Of a stretch of DNA of 64,000 nt, positions 40,398 through 52,300 are shown piece by piece. Under the pieces are notes generated by a model that was not told the DNA's origin, made no database searches, and saw nothing but the letters and a program-made list of their open reading frames with translations. The translations under genes were made by a program, and so were the position numbers. Source of the DNA: an uncultured bacterium (GTDB lineage Bacteria; Omnitrophota; Omnitrophia; Omnitrophales; Aquincolibacteriaceae); contig CAYZYT010000007.1 of the NCBI GenBank assembly GCA_964482725.1, positions 19,875 to 83,874 of the forward strand, written 5' to 3'. Position 1 is the stretch's first letter. Every line of letters starts with the position of its first letter.

Positions 40398-43300
40398 ATG
40401 AATTCAAGTAAGCCTATCAAGTCGTTCATTGCTGCGTTTACAGCCTTCACCTTTTTCTTCACCGGCCTGGGCATTTCACCCAACGCTTTTGCTTCGGGGG
40501 GTGCTTCTCTTGCCCCCGAAGTGTCTCTACCTTATCAGGTTAAGCTGGATCAAAATCTTCGTGTCACCATTCCTCAAGAATTAGGCAAACTCGAAAATTT
40601 TAAAATGGGCCAAGGGCCCGCCATCTTCCATATCCAGGACGCGCACGGTCATTACGAAGGCCAGCAGAAGATCCGCCAACTCCTTGGATTTCTGAGCAAG
40701 ACCTACGGGGTCAATACCGTGCTCGTGGAAGGAAGCGCTTTCCGGCTCAATTCCGAAAAGATCAACTTTTTCCCCAAAGATGTGAAGAAAACGCTTGCCG
40801 TGAATGAAGAGTTTACCCGTCGCGCGTGGGTTTCGGGGGCGGAGCTTTTTCTTTTAGACAGACTACAGACAAGAGACCAGAGACAAGAGACTAAAAATAA
40901 AAATTTAAAACCAGCTTTAGGTCTCCAGTCTCCAGTCTCCAGTCTCTGGTCTGGCGGCGAAGCCGCCGAGGCGCTCGGAATTGAGAATGCGGAGGCGTAT
41001 CGCTCAAACGGCCGGTCGTTCGTGAATGTCCTCACGGAAAAACAAAAGACGGAACAATTCCTCGCGGACATGAATATGCAGATCGAGCGTCTTGCGAGCC
41101 ACTCCCTTAATAAGGAGCTCCGCGACTTTCTCCGTCGGGTCGAAGGTTTCGAAAAGAATCAAGTCCCGCTTGATACCTGGCTTGCCAATCTGAAAACGGA
41201 AGCGGCGAAGAGCCTTGAGATCGATCTCGCGTCACCCGCTCACCAGCTTGATTGGCCGATGCTTGTGCGTATCTACAAGATCCAGGAGCTTTCTTCTAAG
41301 CTGGATCGAAAATCTTTCCCCAACGAGAGGGACGCATTCCTTAAAGCGATTCGGAGATTCCTACCTTCGAGGACTACAGACCCGAGACCCGAGACCCGAG
41401 ACCAAAACCAAGATAAAGTCTCCAGTCTCCAGTCTCCAGTCTCCAGTCAAATCGAAGCGTTGCTTCGTAACGATTCGATGAGTCAGCAGTTGCCGGATCC
41501 GGAGACAGGGTTGCTTTTTGAAGATATGGTCAAGCGCCTTCCGGAAAATTTCAATTATGAGGCGTTCCCGAACGTCCGAAATTTTATCGGAACACTCCTT
41601 CTTCGGAGCGAACTTAAAGCAGATCGCTTGATGAGGGAAGTCCAGAAGCTTTCGGAGACCCTCACCGCCAAATTGATCCGTAATAAGGAAGAACAAAAAC
41701 TCGTCGCGTTGCTCGCCGACCACCGACTGCTGCAGAAGCTCTTTGCGCTGGAGCTTACGCCGGCGGATTATGAAATAATCCGCGGGGAACGGCAAACGGG
41801 CAACGGTGAACGTGAAAACATAGAGCCGTCAGAAATCATTCGCCGATTTAGCGAATTCGTTCCCCGTTCCACGTTCCCCGTTTCCCGGGTGAAGTCCGTC
41901 CAATTCTCCCATGTTGCTGAATTGGATCATCTATTCGATGCAGCCATGAAGTTCTACTCCGGCGTCAAAGCCCGCGACGGAATGATGGAAACGAGAATCG
42001 AGGAACGCCTGAAAGAGACCGGCGCGACCAAGGTCGCCGTGATCACCGGCGGTTTCCACAGCCAGCCGATGCAGGATCACTTCATTAATAAAGGATATTC
42101 CTACGCGCTTATCACTCCCAAGCTCTCCGGGGCTGACGAAACGGGCCGCGACGGTTATCTCCAAGCCGCGCTTGCGAGCATTCTCCCGGCGCAAAACACG
42201 TACAAAAATCCCTTCATTTTTACGACGGCCAATCCTGCGGGTGACGGCGCGTCGCTCGCCGGCGTCAAAACGGCCGTGACGGATGTCCTGCAGAAACTAG
42301 TGGCTGGCGGTGCTCTTTCGAGTGCGGACGCCAGGGGCGTGACGCGTAAATTGGCGGGAAAAGCAGACCAGACCACAGACCAGAGACCACATACTGCAGC
42401 CAATGCTTTAAGTCTCCAGTCTCCAGTCTCCAGTCTCAAGTCCGACGTGGGCCGCTCCGAAGCGCGGATGGATCTTCGCGGCGATGCTGAAGAGATGCTG
42501 AAAAGTCTTAAGGTCAAGCCCGGCACGGACGGAGCTTCGGTGACATTTACTTTTGAAGGTGAGTTTCCGGACAAACCGAGCCCGATGTCCGTGACGTCGG
42601 CTGCGGAACTTTTTGATCTCTTTCAAAAGTTACAGGAATTCGGGATCCTGCCTTCTGATCCTGATGTGTTGATGCTCATCGGTCCCGGGGAAGTGGTGGA
42701 GGCGGAGGAGGGGCACACTATTACGATCAAGCCCGACCAGTGCATGGTGGTTTTTAAAGGAGGGACTGAGGCCACGGTCATCCAATGGCAGGATGCCTAT
42801 GGCATCAAGCAGGTCCTGCAAAAGATCATTTTGTGGTTGGGGGCTTCTTCTGGTCCCAAGGTCACTGTAAAACTTAGATCCGCCGCTGCCGCGCCGGCCA
42901 TTCCCGTCGCAGCACCCACCGTCGGAGCCAACAAACTTCAGCTCAAAAAAGAGGTTCCTTCGCTCAAGAACCTTTCGCCATTCAAAAATCTATTCGGAGG
43001 TCTGAAATCGCTCGGAGAAGCGCAGATCATTTCAGAAGCCCCCGTTGCAATTCGAGATGCCGCGAGGATTCTTGGGACTTTATCCCAGAAGTTTTCGTTC
43101 ACGGCTCTTGGGTTCGTCGAAGCTTCAGGGAATCTCGCCGATCCTTCCAAGGTTGCGTGGCTGCCGACCCTGGGGAATCCATCGGCAGGAGAATTGATGC
43201 AGAATCTGAGCGTTACTGCCTCCGGCGGGAACGCGGATGCTCTTTGTGACGTTGTCATCGCACCTTATAACGGAGAACGATTTGGTTCGCAATCCGGCAA

Positions 43301-46300
43301 CATGCTTTTTCTTCTCCCGCAGCGCTCCGAGGTCCGTCTGGAAAATGCCGGGCCGGTGAAGGATCTGGAGGCGATCAAAAAAGAGATCCGGTCAGCTTTG
43401 GAGGCAAATGATGCCGCCCACACGTTCAAACTTTTCGGGATCACGCTTCTCGCCGGGACTCACGTCGCGGATTTCGACGCGCGAGTGGCTCAAATGGATT
43501 CTTCGCATCTGGCCGCGTGGCTTGACGCTATTTTGCCGGTTCTTGAAAAGGTGGCGTCAAAGGTTGTGGTGCACGTTGGGTACGATGACCATGGCTCAGG
43601 GAACGCGGATGTAAAGCTTTGGATAGCTCTAATGAGTCTGAAAACCCAACTTAATAAAGCGAGGGCGGCCGAAGCGCCTCTGGCGCAAGGGACAAAAACC
43701 GCTCCAGCAGCTACCGCCGTACGCTCGGAAGCGCGGGCAAAGAAGGTTGGGGTTGTTGTTTCCGTGCGGATCGCGGTTGATCTTACGAAATATGACCGCA
43801 GAACCTTGGTCCGGGATGTTGCACTCCGGGAAATTGAAGAAAAAGTTGGCGCCAGGGCCGCGGATGATTATTTGTGGCGTGTGAGATTTTATTTCAACAA
43901 TGATGGCAGTAATGACGTTCGAGAGTTGAGGACTTTCGTTTCGTTGAACGCTTTGAAAGAATGGCTGAGACCATCAAGACGTACGAGATCAAATCTTACG
44001 ACGCTTGATATCGAAGGACTACCAAGCATCTATGCGCCTGCCGTCCGCTCTGAAGGGCGTGGGCCGCAGGAATGGATGCAAGAGGTCGACGCACTGACAG
44101 AACAGTTTTCTCAAAAATTTCAAGAGTCTCAGGCTTCCGGATCCGCGGAATTAGCGTCGCTGGAAGACCGGCTTGAGGATATCGAAAAAATTCAAGGGAG
44201 AATGAGAGTTCTTTCCCTGGTGATCCCGAGAGAGGTTGTGGCGATCGAGAGAAGAATGAAAGGCGAGCCTTCCAAAGAAGATTTCTCTGCGGGACTTGCG
44301 GCGCAGCGCCCATCGCTTCGCGATATGACTCGCGAAATGGAAGCGCTTTACGAAAAAGCGATTGCTCTCAACAGTGTCGAGACAGATTCCGTGAACCGGT
44401 TTCCGATCGCCCCTGTTTCCGTGGCCGGGCATTTCGTCTTCTTGGGTGGGCCCCTGGGGAGCTTGTATACGGCACTCAATAACGCCCGTGCGGAAGTGCG
44501 GACACAGGAAACCCATTACCGGAACACGACCGCGGAAGGGAAGATGCTCGAGATCGTTCAGAAAGCGGCGGGAAGTGAAATTCTTTTGGATGGAGCCAAT
44601 GTTGGGGATTGGAAACGGAATCCCGGCCTCAACGATGGCAACGACAGGATCGTTTTCGGGGACTTGCAGGTTGAAGATCATAATGTCACTGTTTTATTCG
44701 ATCCCTCAGCTATGGCGGAAGGCAAACAGCCTTGGCTTGTGTCTGTAGATGGGGATGACCACGCGGAAATGACGGCGCCGGTGGTGAATGCCGTTCAGGC
44801 TTTTATCAAACAGTCGATCGTGTCCGTGGAAACCTCTCAAGTCGCGGCTCCGGCCATCGAAAAAGAACAGCCGGTGGCGCCTGCCGTCGTGACCCCTGCG
44901 GTAGAAAAAATTGCAGCGGCTGTTTCTGCTGTGCCGGTGGCGCCGCGGGTTTCTGGGCGTATCAGTTTGCCGAAAGAAGTGAGACCTGTGGGCAGCCCGG
45001 TGGCGAGTATCAAGCTGGGCGCTGCGTTAAAACAATTTGAGGCCGAAAGCGCTGCTGCCGCAAATGATCCTAAAGCCGTAGAAACGCGGCGTCTTGCAGC
45101 GGAAGTTGCGGCAAAGGCAAAGAACGCGCAGATGCTAATCGGCAAAAGCGGCGGTGCTCAAAAACCGGCGCAAATACGCCGGGGCGGATTGATCGACAGA
45201 CTTCCCGGGTTGCCGGAGCGCGAACAGGCCCGGAATGTATGGCCGGCATTTGAAAATTTTTATACGAGACTTCTCGCCGAAGGTCAGGCGGAGGCATTAC
45301 TCAAGCTCCTGAAGGAAACGGAACAATATACGAAGACACGGACCCGCGCGACTTTTATCGCTGCGGGGATCGCGGCGGTTGTGATCTCGCTTTCGTGGCT
45401 TATCACGGGCGTCGGAGTGGTGACCATGATGGCGTCGTTTGTGTGCGGCGCCGGAGTTCTCGGAACGGTCTGGTTCTTCAATAATAATGTTCCCGATCTT
45501 TTGCGTTTGACCGGTAGTGGTGTGGTGGCGTTGGTGCCACTCTTCCAGAAGGCGGTTGACGACGTCAAAGCGAGGGAAGCCAAGCTCGCGGGCCGTGGGC
45601 CCCAGCCGGCAGCCAAGGGCACGGAAAAAGATGAAGAATCGGGTTCGTTCGGCAAACAGCTTTCAGATCTGGCCGCCCAGGCAACCGATGCGAAAGTTTG
45701 GGACAAAGGTGTGATCATCCCGAAACTTGCGGAAGTCATTGCCGGTGTTCCGGAGTTGACCGGTACGCAAATGCCGGTCCAAACGACGCTTGGGAAAACC
45801 CAGCCCGAAAAAACTCCGAATGGCATGATATCCAAGGGAACTCAAGGCCGTTCGGAGGTTAGGGCGAATACGGTTCCAGCCGCATCGGAAGAAGCCCTGC
45901 GGAATGAATTACAACAGATAGAAAGACAATTAGAACAGATCCAGGACCGGCAGGTTCAAGGGGAGGACGTCGGCTTGGCACGCGAAGATGTTCTCGCCCT
46001 TCAAGGACAGCGCGCAGCGATCCTGGAAAGTTTGGGGCTTACCACTCGTTCCGAAGTTCGGCTGTCGCCCGTTCAAGAACGGAAATTCCAGCAGGCGTTG
46101 CGGGATCTTCAGGCGAAGTGGTGGGACGGGAGCTTCAATGATCATGGCGCGGGACGCAAAATTGCTGCCGCCATCCTTCTTGGCGAGCTCAAAGATCCCC
46201 GGGCCGTTCCGGCATTGACGGAAGTTTTAACGGATGAATACGAAAAAGTACGTCGCGCCGCGGCCTCAGCGATCGAGTTGATCAATAATAATACTGAAGT

Positions 46301-49300
46301 GCTGAACAATGAACTCCGGAGGATCGAGCAGGCGCTGGGTCAGATCCAGGACCGGCAGGTTTTGGGTGAGGATATCGGCTGGGCACGAGAGGATGTTCTG
46401 GCGCTCGAAGGTCAGCGTGCCGTGATCCTAGAACAATTGGAACAGGCAAATCGTTCGGAAACGCGGAGAGGGCAAGAAGTTTTGCCCAAGATCGATCCTA
46501 CAAAAACGATCGCCTGGAGAGAACTCAAGGAACTCTCATCTCTGATGCAGAGGGAAGCAATATCCATGAGAGGTATGTTCGAGGCGGATCCGAATCGTTT
46601 CGATAAGTATTCCGTCCGGTTGGGCGATGATTTTCTTCTGGATTATTCGAAGAATCGGATCGACGGGCATGTTATGGCGGCGCTCATGAATCTTGCGGGG
46701 CAGACACGTTTGCAGGACGCGATCGAGTTGATGTTCACGGGCGCGAAGATCAACGAAACTGAAAACCGAGCGGTGCTCCATACCGCGCTCCGGGCTCCGG
46801 CAGATGCGGTGATCGAAGTGGACGGGATGAACGTTGTGCCGGACGTGCATCAAGTGCTTCAGCGGATGAAGAAATTCACGGACGATGTCCGTTCGGGCGA
46901 ATGGAAGAGTTACACCGGCAAGCGTATCAAGAATATCGTCAATATCGGAATCGGCGGTTCGGACCTCGGCCCGGTGATGGCCTACGAAGCGCTCAAGAGT
47001 TACAGCGACCGGGATCTGACGGTCCGTTTCATTTCAAACGTCGATGCCACGGACTTTGCGGAAAAGACCCGCGATCTCAAACCGGAAGAAACACTTTTCA
47101 TTATTGCCTCCAAGACGTTTACGACACAAGAGACCATGACGAATGCCGGAACGGCTAAGGCCTGGTTTCTGAAGAGCGGCGCGAAAGAGGAAGATGTCGC
47201 GAAGCATTTTGTGGCGGTTTCCACGGCAAAGGAGCTCGTCAAAAAATTCGGGATCGATACGGCGAATATGTTCGAGTTCTGGGACTGGGTCGGCGGTCGC
47301 TATTCCGTGTGGTCTGCGGTCGGTCTCCCGCTTATGTGCGCGATCGGTTATGAAAATTTCCGTGAGTTTCTGGACGGTGCTCATGAAATGGACCGTCATT
47401 TCCGGACCGCGCCTTTCAATCAAAATATTCCCGTGATCCTCGCGCTCCTCGGGATCTGGTACAACAATTTCTTTGGCGCCCAGTCGCAGGCGATCCTGCC
47501 TTACGATCAATACCTTAACCGTTTTGCGGCTTATTTCCAGCAGGGCGATATGGAGTCGAACGGAAAGAGTGCCGGCCGCGACGGCAAGCCCGTCACGCAT
47601 CAAACCGGTCCGATCCTTTGGGGCGAACCCGGGACGAACGGCCAGCACGCCTTCTATCAATTGATCCACCAGGGGACGAAATTGATCCCGGCCGACTTCA
47701 TCGGTTTCGCGAATTCCCTGAACCCGATCGGAGATCACCCCGAAAAACTCGCAGCCAATCTTTTTGCCCAGACCCAGGCGCTGGCGTTCGGTAAAACAGC
47801 TGACGAGGCGCGCGCGGATCTTGTTGCGGAAAATGTGAAAAAGAAAGCGAAGGGTGAAAAAGAATTAACTGCCGAAGAGATCGAAAGTCTCATTCCTTTC
47901 AAAGTATTCGAAGGCAATAAACCGACCAATACGATCCTTGTCAACCAACTGACGCCGCGGACGCTCGGGGTGCTTGTCGCGATGTATGAGCACAAGATCT
48001 TCGTGCAGGGCGTGATCTGGAATATCTACAGTTTTGATCAATGGGGGGTCGAACTTGGTAAAGCGCTGGCGAGCGGGATCCTGCCGCAGCTTGCTCCGAG
48101 CGCCGAAGTGAAAGGGCAAGATAGTTCAACCTCCGGGCTGATCGGTGTTTGGAAGAAAATGAGCGGTCGTTCTGAACTCCGTGGGATCATCGCTTTGCGT
48201 CATCGGCTGAAGAGCCTCGTGATGGTTTCTGCGGCGGCGGGGATGATGGGTTTTTCCGGATGCGCGACTCATAATGTCGGGACGCAGGCGCCCAGGTCCT
48301 ATCCGCCCGCCCCTAGTTATGATTATCGGCCCTTATATAAAAAGCCGATTTTGCCAAAGACCCAAGTTCCTAAATTTAATTTCAAACAGAATGCCAATCC
48401 GCCCGCTTTTCGGCCCCTAAGGCCCGTCGCCCCCATGCCGAAGATGCCCGCGGCGCGTTATCGTTCGGAGACGAGAGATTTAGAGCTGGAGAGACTTCTT
48501 GCAGCAAGAAAGGAAGTGCAGGATGTTGCGCGTGAGCAGCTTTCCAATCCCAAATTGATCGAAGCGCTGAAAAAACGAGCCGCACGGGAAGGAAAGGTTT
48601 TTCAGGTACCCTCCATGTCGCGCCGTTCTGAACTGCGAGGCAATGTTGAAACCCGGGATCCGGATCTTGAGAGATTGATCGCGGCAAGGAAGGCCGTGCA
48701 GGATACTGCGCGTGAGCAGCTTTCAAATCCAAAATTGATCGAAGCCTTGAAACAAAGAGCCCTTCGAAAAGGAATTGTTTTTTCGGAGCCTGTCTTTTCT
48801 GCAGTTCTGATCATCGGACTAGGGTTGGGCGCAGTCTCAGCGGCGCTCGCTCAGGCGAGTGTTACAAATGAAAACGCCGCCCTGACCCACCGGCCGAATT
48901 GGGCCGAATTCATGGCCACCTCGGATAGAAGTGATGTTGCGACGACGTTGGTGAAGTTTACCCGTGCCGGCGAAGAATGGGCTCGAAAACGCGGCAAGAC
49001 AGTGGACTATACGCCGGCATTTTTGGAAACGATGAAAGAAAAGATCAGAAAAGGGGAGATTCGCGACTCCCAGGAACTCTACAACCTGGTCATTCGCTGG
49101 GTCGAGCACAACGCCGTTCCCTCGGGCAAAGCCACTCGATCGACACGTACAGGTGCCGCAAGCAGCACGGAAGAGCGCAGCGAACTTCTCACTGCCCCTG
49201 AAAAAGGAACTGCAGAAAGTGCTGAGAGTGGCGGCGAAGCCAACACCGTGCGTGCCGAGATCCGGAATGTGGATGAATTTACGGGTAAGTTGCTCGAAGA

Positions 49301-52300
49301 GACCCAGCTTGGAGCAGAAATGCTTGCTTCCGAACTCAATGACGCGGTGTTGTTCGAGAACCTGGACACCGCTATTCAGCGCGCGATCGAACAAGTGCTC
49401 GGCGAAATGGATCAGAGCCCGGATCATGCCGCGGATTTTTACATAAGAGATCGCGATAATATTATTTCCAATCTCGAATCCCGCTCCGAGAATCGTCTGA
49501 TCGCAGGAGTGGCCGAGAAGGGAATGTCCTTTGAAGAGGTTCGCGAGGTTTCGCGCGCCCGCCGGAAAAAAGCGGCGTGGCAAGGAGGCATCCAATGGTG
49601 GCCGAAGGTCAGTGCCTTTCTGGGAGGCAATATTGCTTCCGCAGGGAATCTCGTTGCGCCATTGGCTGAAGAATCCGTCTATCAAGGTTCTTTGGACGTA
49701 CGTTCCGAGGCCCGTCTGTACAAAAAAGCCTGGGCCCATGTGACCGCGGTGACGTCTTCGGCCAAAGGGTTGAATCCGCTCTATGCGGTGATGACGGCGG
49801 CGGTGATCGGGGTTTCCGGATGTGCCAATTATCAAGGGGGGCTGTTGCACTCACTCCGGCATAATCCGCCGGCCAATATTCCCGATTATCGTAACCACTA
49901 TAGTCCTCCTCCCTATTATCGCGCTCCCTATGTTCCTAAGTCTCATTTTAAGCCGCCCGTTATTCCCATAAGACCGGTGCCCTCCGGGCCGAACCGTTCA
50001 GAGGTTCGAAAGTCTGTTGTTGGGAATAGCTCCAATCCGGTGGTTTCTCTCTGGGGCCTTGACACTTTTGACAGCCAACAGGGGTCGGTTCTGACCGCCA
50101 TTAATTCTGAATTTGTATTCCCGGGAGATTTCCAATTGCAAGCATCTCTTTTGGCGGATTATTCGGTGATTGAGGAGCTTCACCAGGGTTCCTTCAAGGC
50201 AGGGGATAAACAATATCATTTGGTGGTCGATGTCGGAGAGTCGATCGCAACTTTAAGACTTTCATTGGATGGAGAAATGAGGCTGACCGGCTGGAAATGG
50301 CTCAAAGATATCAGGTCCGAAGTTCAGGATTTGGCGCGTCACCCTTATGGGCTTTTAGCGGAAGTCAATGAAAGTCTGAGACGGCAGAATATCCCGGAGG
50401 TCAAACAGGAAACGACGCAAATTTACGGGCAGCAGCTCATCCATGGCGTCGAAAGCATCTTGGAAAAATTCCGTGGAAAACCCTTTACCGGCATTACCTA
50501 TCAACAAGTCGCCGGACGGTCGGAAGTGCGAACCGTAGGCTCCTCCGCGGAGGAATTGGACCGGGCGATCGATGCGGCCTACGTGAAAAAAAGACAGCTT
50601 GAATCGAAAGTCGGGGAAGCCAGGAGAAACTATGAGTCCTCGTACTGGCGGGAAACGGATGCCCGGCGCAGGGAAAATCTTCGCGATGGGGATCGGGATC
50701 TCGAGCAATTGAAAGATGAAACGGACAGCCTCCGTGTGACCCGCGACTCTCTGCAAAAAGAGCTGGAAACCGTCACGATCCAGATCCGGCGGTTGCTGGA
50801 CGAGAAGCATCCCGTGAAACGCTCGGAAGTGCGGGAAACGACGAAGCAGGCGCTGATCAGGGTCAATGCTGAAATGGAAGGGCTCGATCGATTGATCTCG
50901 GAGCTCACAAGAGCCCCGGAGTCGGCGGACAAGGACGAAAGGCTTGAAGCGCTGAACGCAAGTTATGACGAGCTTGAAGAAAAACGGCAGCACCTCGCGC
51001 GGCTAGGAGTGATCAAAAAAGCCTGGGCCCATGTGTCAGCCGTGACTTCTGCAGCCAAGGGACTCAATCCTCTCTACACGGTCGGGCTGGCAATTTTTGA
51101 ACAATGGTTATGGCATCCCCGAAGCCTCACGCTCGCTCAGGCAGCTCATGTCGAGCAAGCCGCATCGATGGAAGCGCGTTTGGATACCCTCCGGGCATTG
51201 GGCGCGAACCCGGGCCTGGGCTATCAGCGATTTGTTTATCATTTGATGCGCGCCGAGTTATCGCCTTCCGAGTGGCGCCGTTTTGACCGCGCTTTGATGT
51301 GGGAAGTTGATGCTGAGAAAAAGGTAGCGTCTGTACGTTCGGAACTGAGGGGTGGGAAAAACATTGCGGGAATGTTGAAACAAAAAGGCCTGGATGACAA
51401 CGAGATCCGTCTTTTGGCGGCGGCCGTTCTAGTCAGTGGGGGGAGAGGGAACCTCAGTCAGGCTGGGGTCATATTAAAGAATACGAATACTCTTCCGGAG
51501 GTGACTCCGGAGATGCTGGTGGCTTTCCAGACGCTCATGTCCCGTCCGGAAGATATGCGGGCGGTATGGCTGAAGCTTGATGACCAGCTCCGATTTTCAC
51601 ATGACATCGAGGCTCTTTATTTTCAAGACGAAAATCTCGGCGCTGCACACCGTTTAATGCATAAGGCACAGGTTCTTATCGATGTTTTTCGGGCCCTCCG
51701 CGGAGAGATTTCGTCCATGGGCAATCGTTCTGAAATCAGAGCCGAAGTTGATCCCGAGACGGCGGCGAAGATCGCGGATCGCTGGAAAAAGATCCGCTAC
51801 ATGGAAACGGACCCCGAGGGCGTGAAGCTCAAGGCCGAAGCCGAAGAAAAGGGCGAAGGTTTCCTGAATAACGCCCAGGCGACGATCCGTAAAGTGGCGG
51901 CTCAGATCAAGCTCGATCCGAAGATCCTTGAAAAGCTTTTGCAGTTCACCAAAGTCATTCGTGTCAAGATCCCGCTCACCCTCGATGAGGGCGGGGAGAC
52001 GCAATATATTGACGGATTTCGGATCGGCCACGCGCCCTATCGCGGGCCCTACAAAGGCGGCATCCGTTTTGCGATCGGCGTTGTGGAAAATATGATCAAG
52101 GCCCTCGCGACAGAAATGAGCGTCAAGAACGCTATTGCCGGGCTTCCTTACGGTGGCGGCAAAGGCGGCGTTGCGATCGATCCGAAGTATTTGTCGATCA
52201 AAGAACTTGCGCGTCTGACCCGCGGCTATGTGGAGCAATGCCTGAAGCAGGATCCGAACGCGTTCGGGGCGCTCCTGGATGTTCCGGCCGGAGATATCGG

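Noticed and set aside
40858-42442. Possibility that the GAGAC/GTCTC repeats are a CRISPR array
   Set aside because: The units are 7-nt heptads arranged as two complementary arms of a palindrome rather than 25-40-nt direct repeats with unique spacers. No cas genes are present, and the copies sit in coding frame or as post-stop hairpins.
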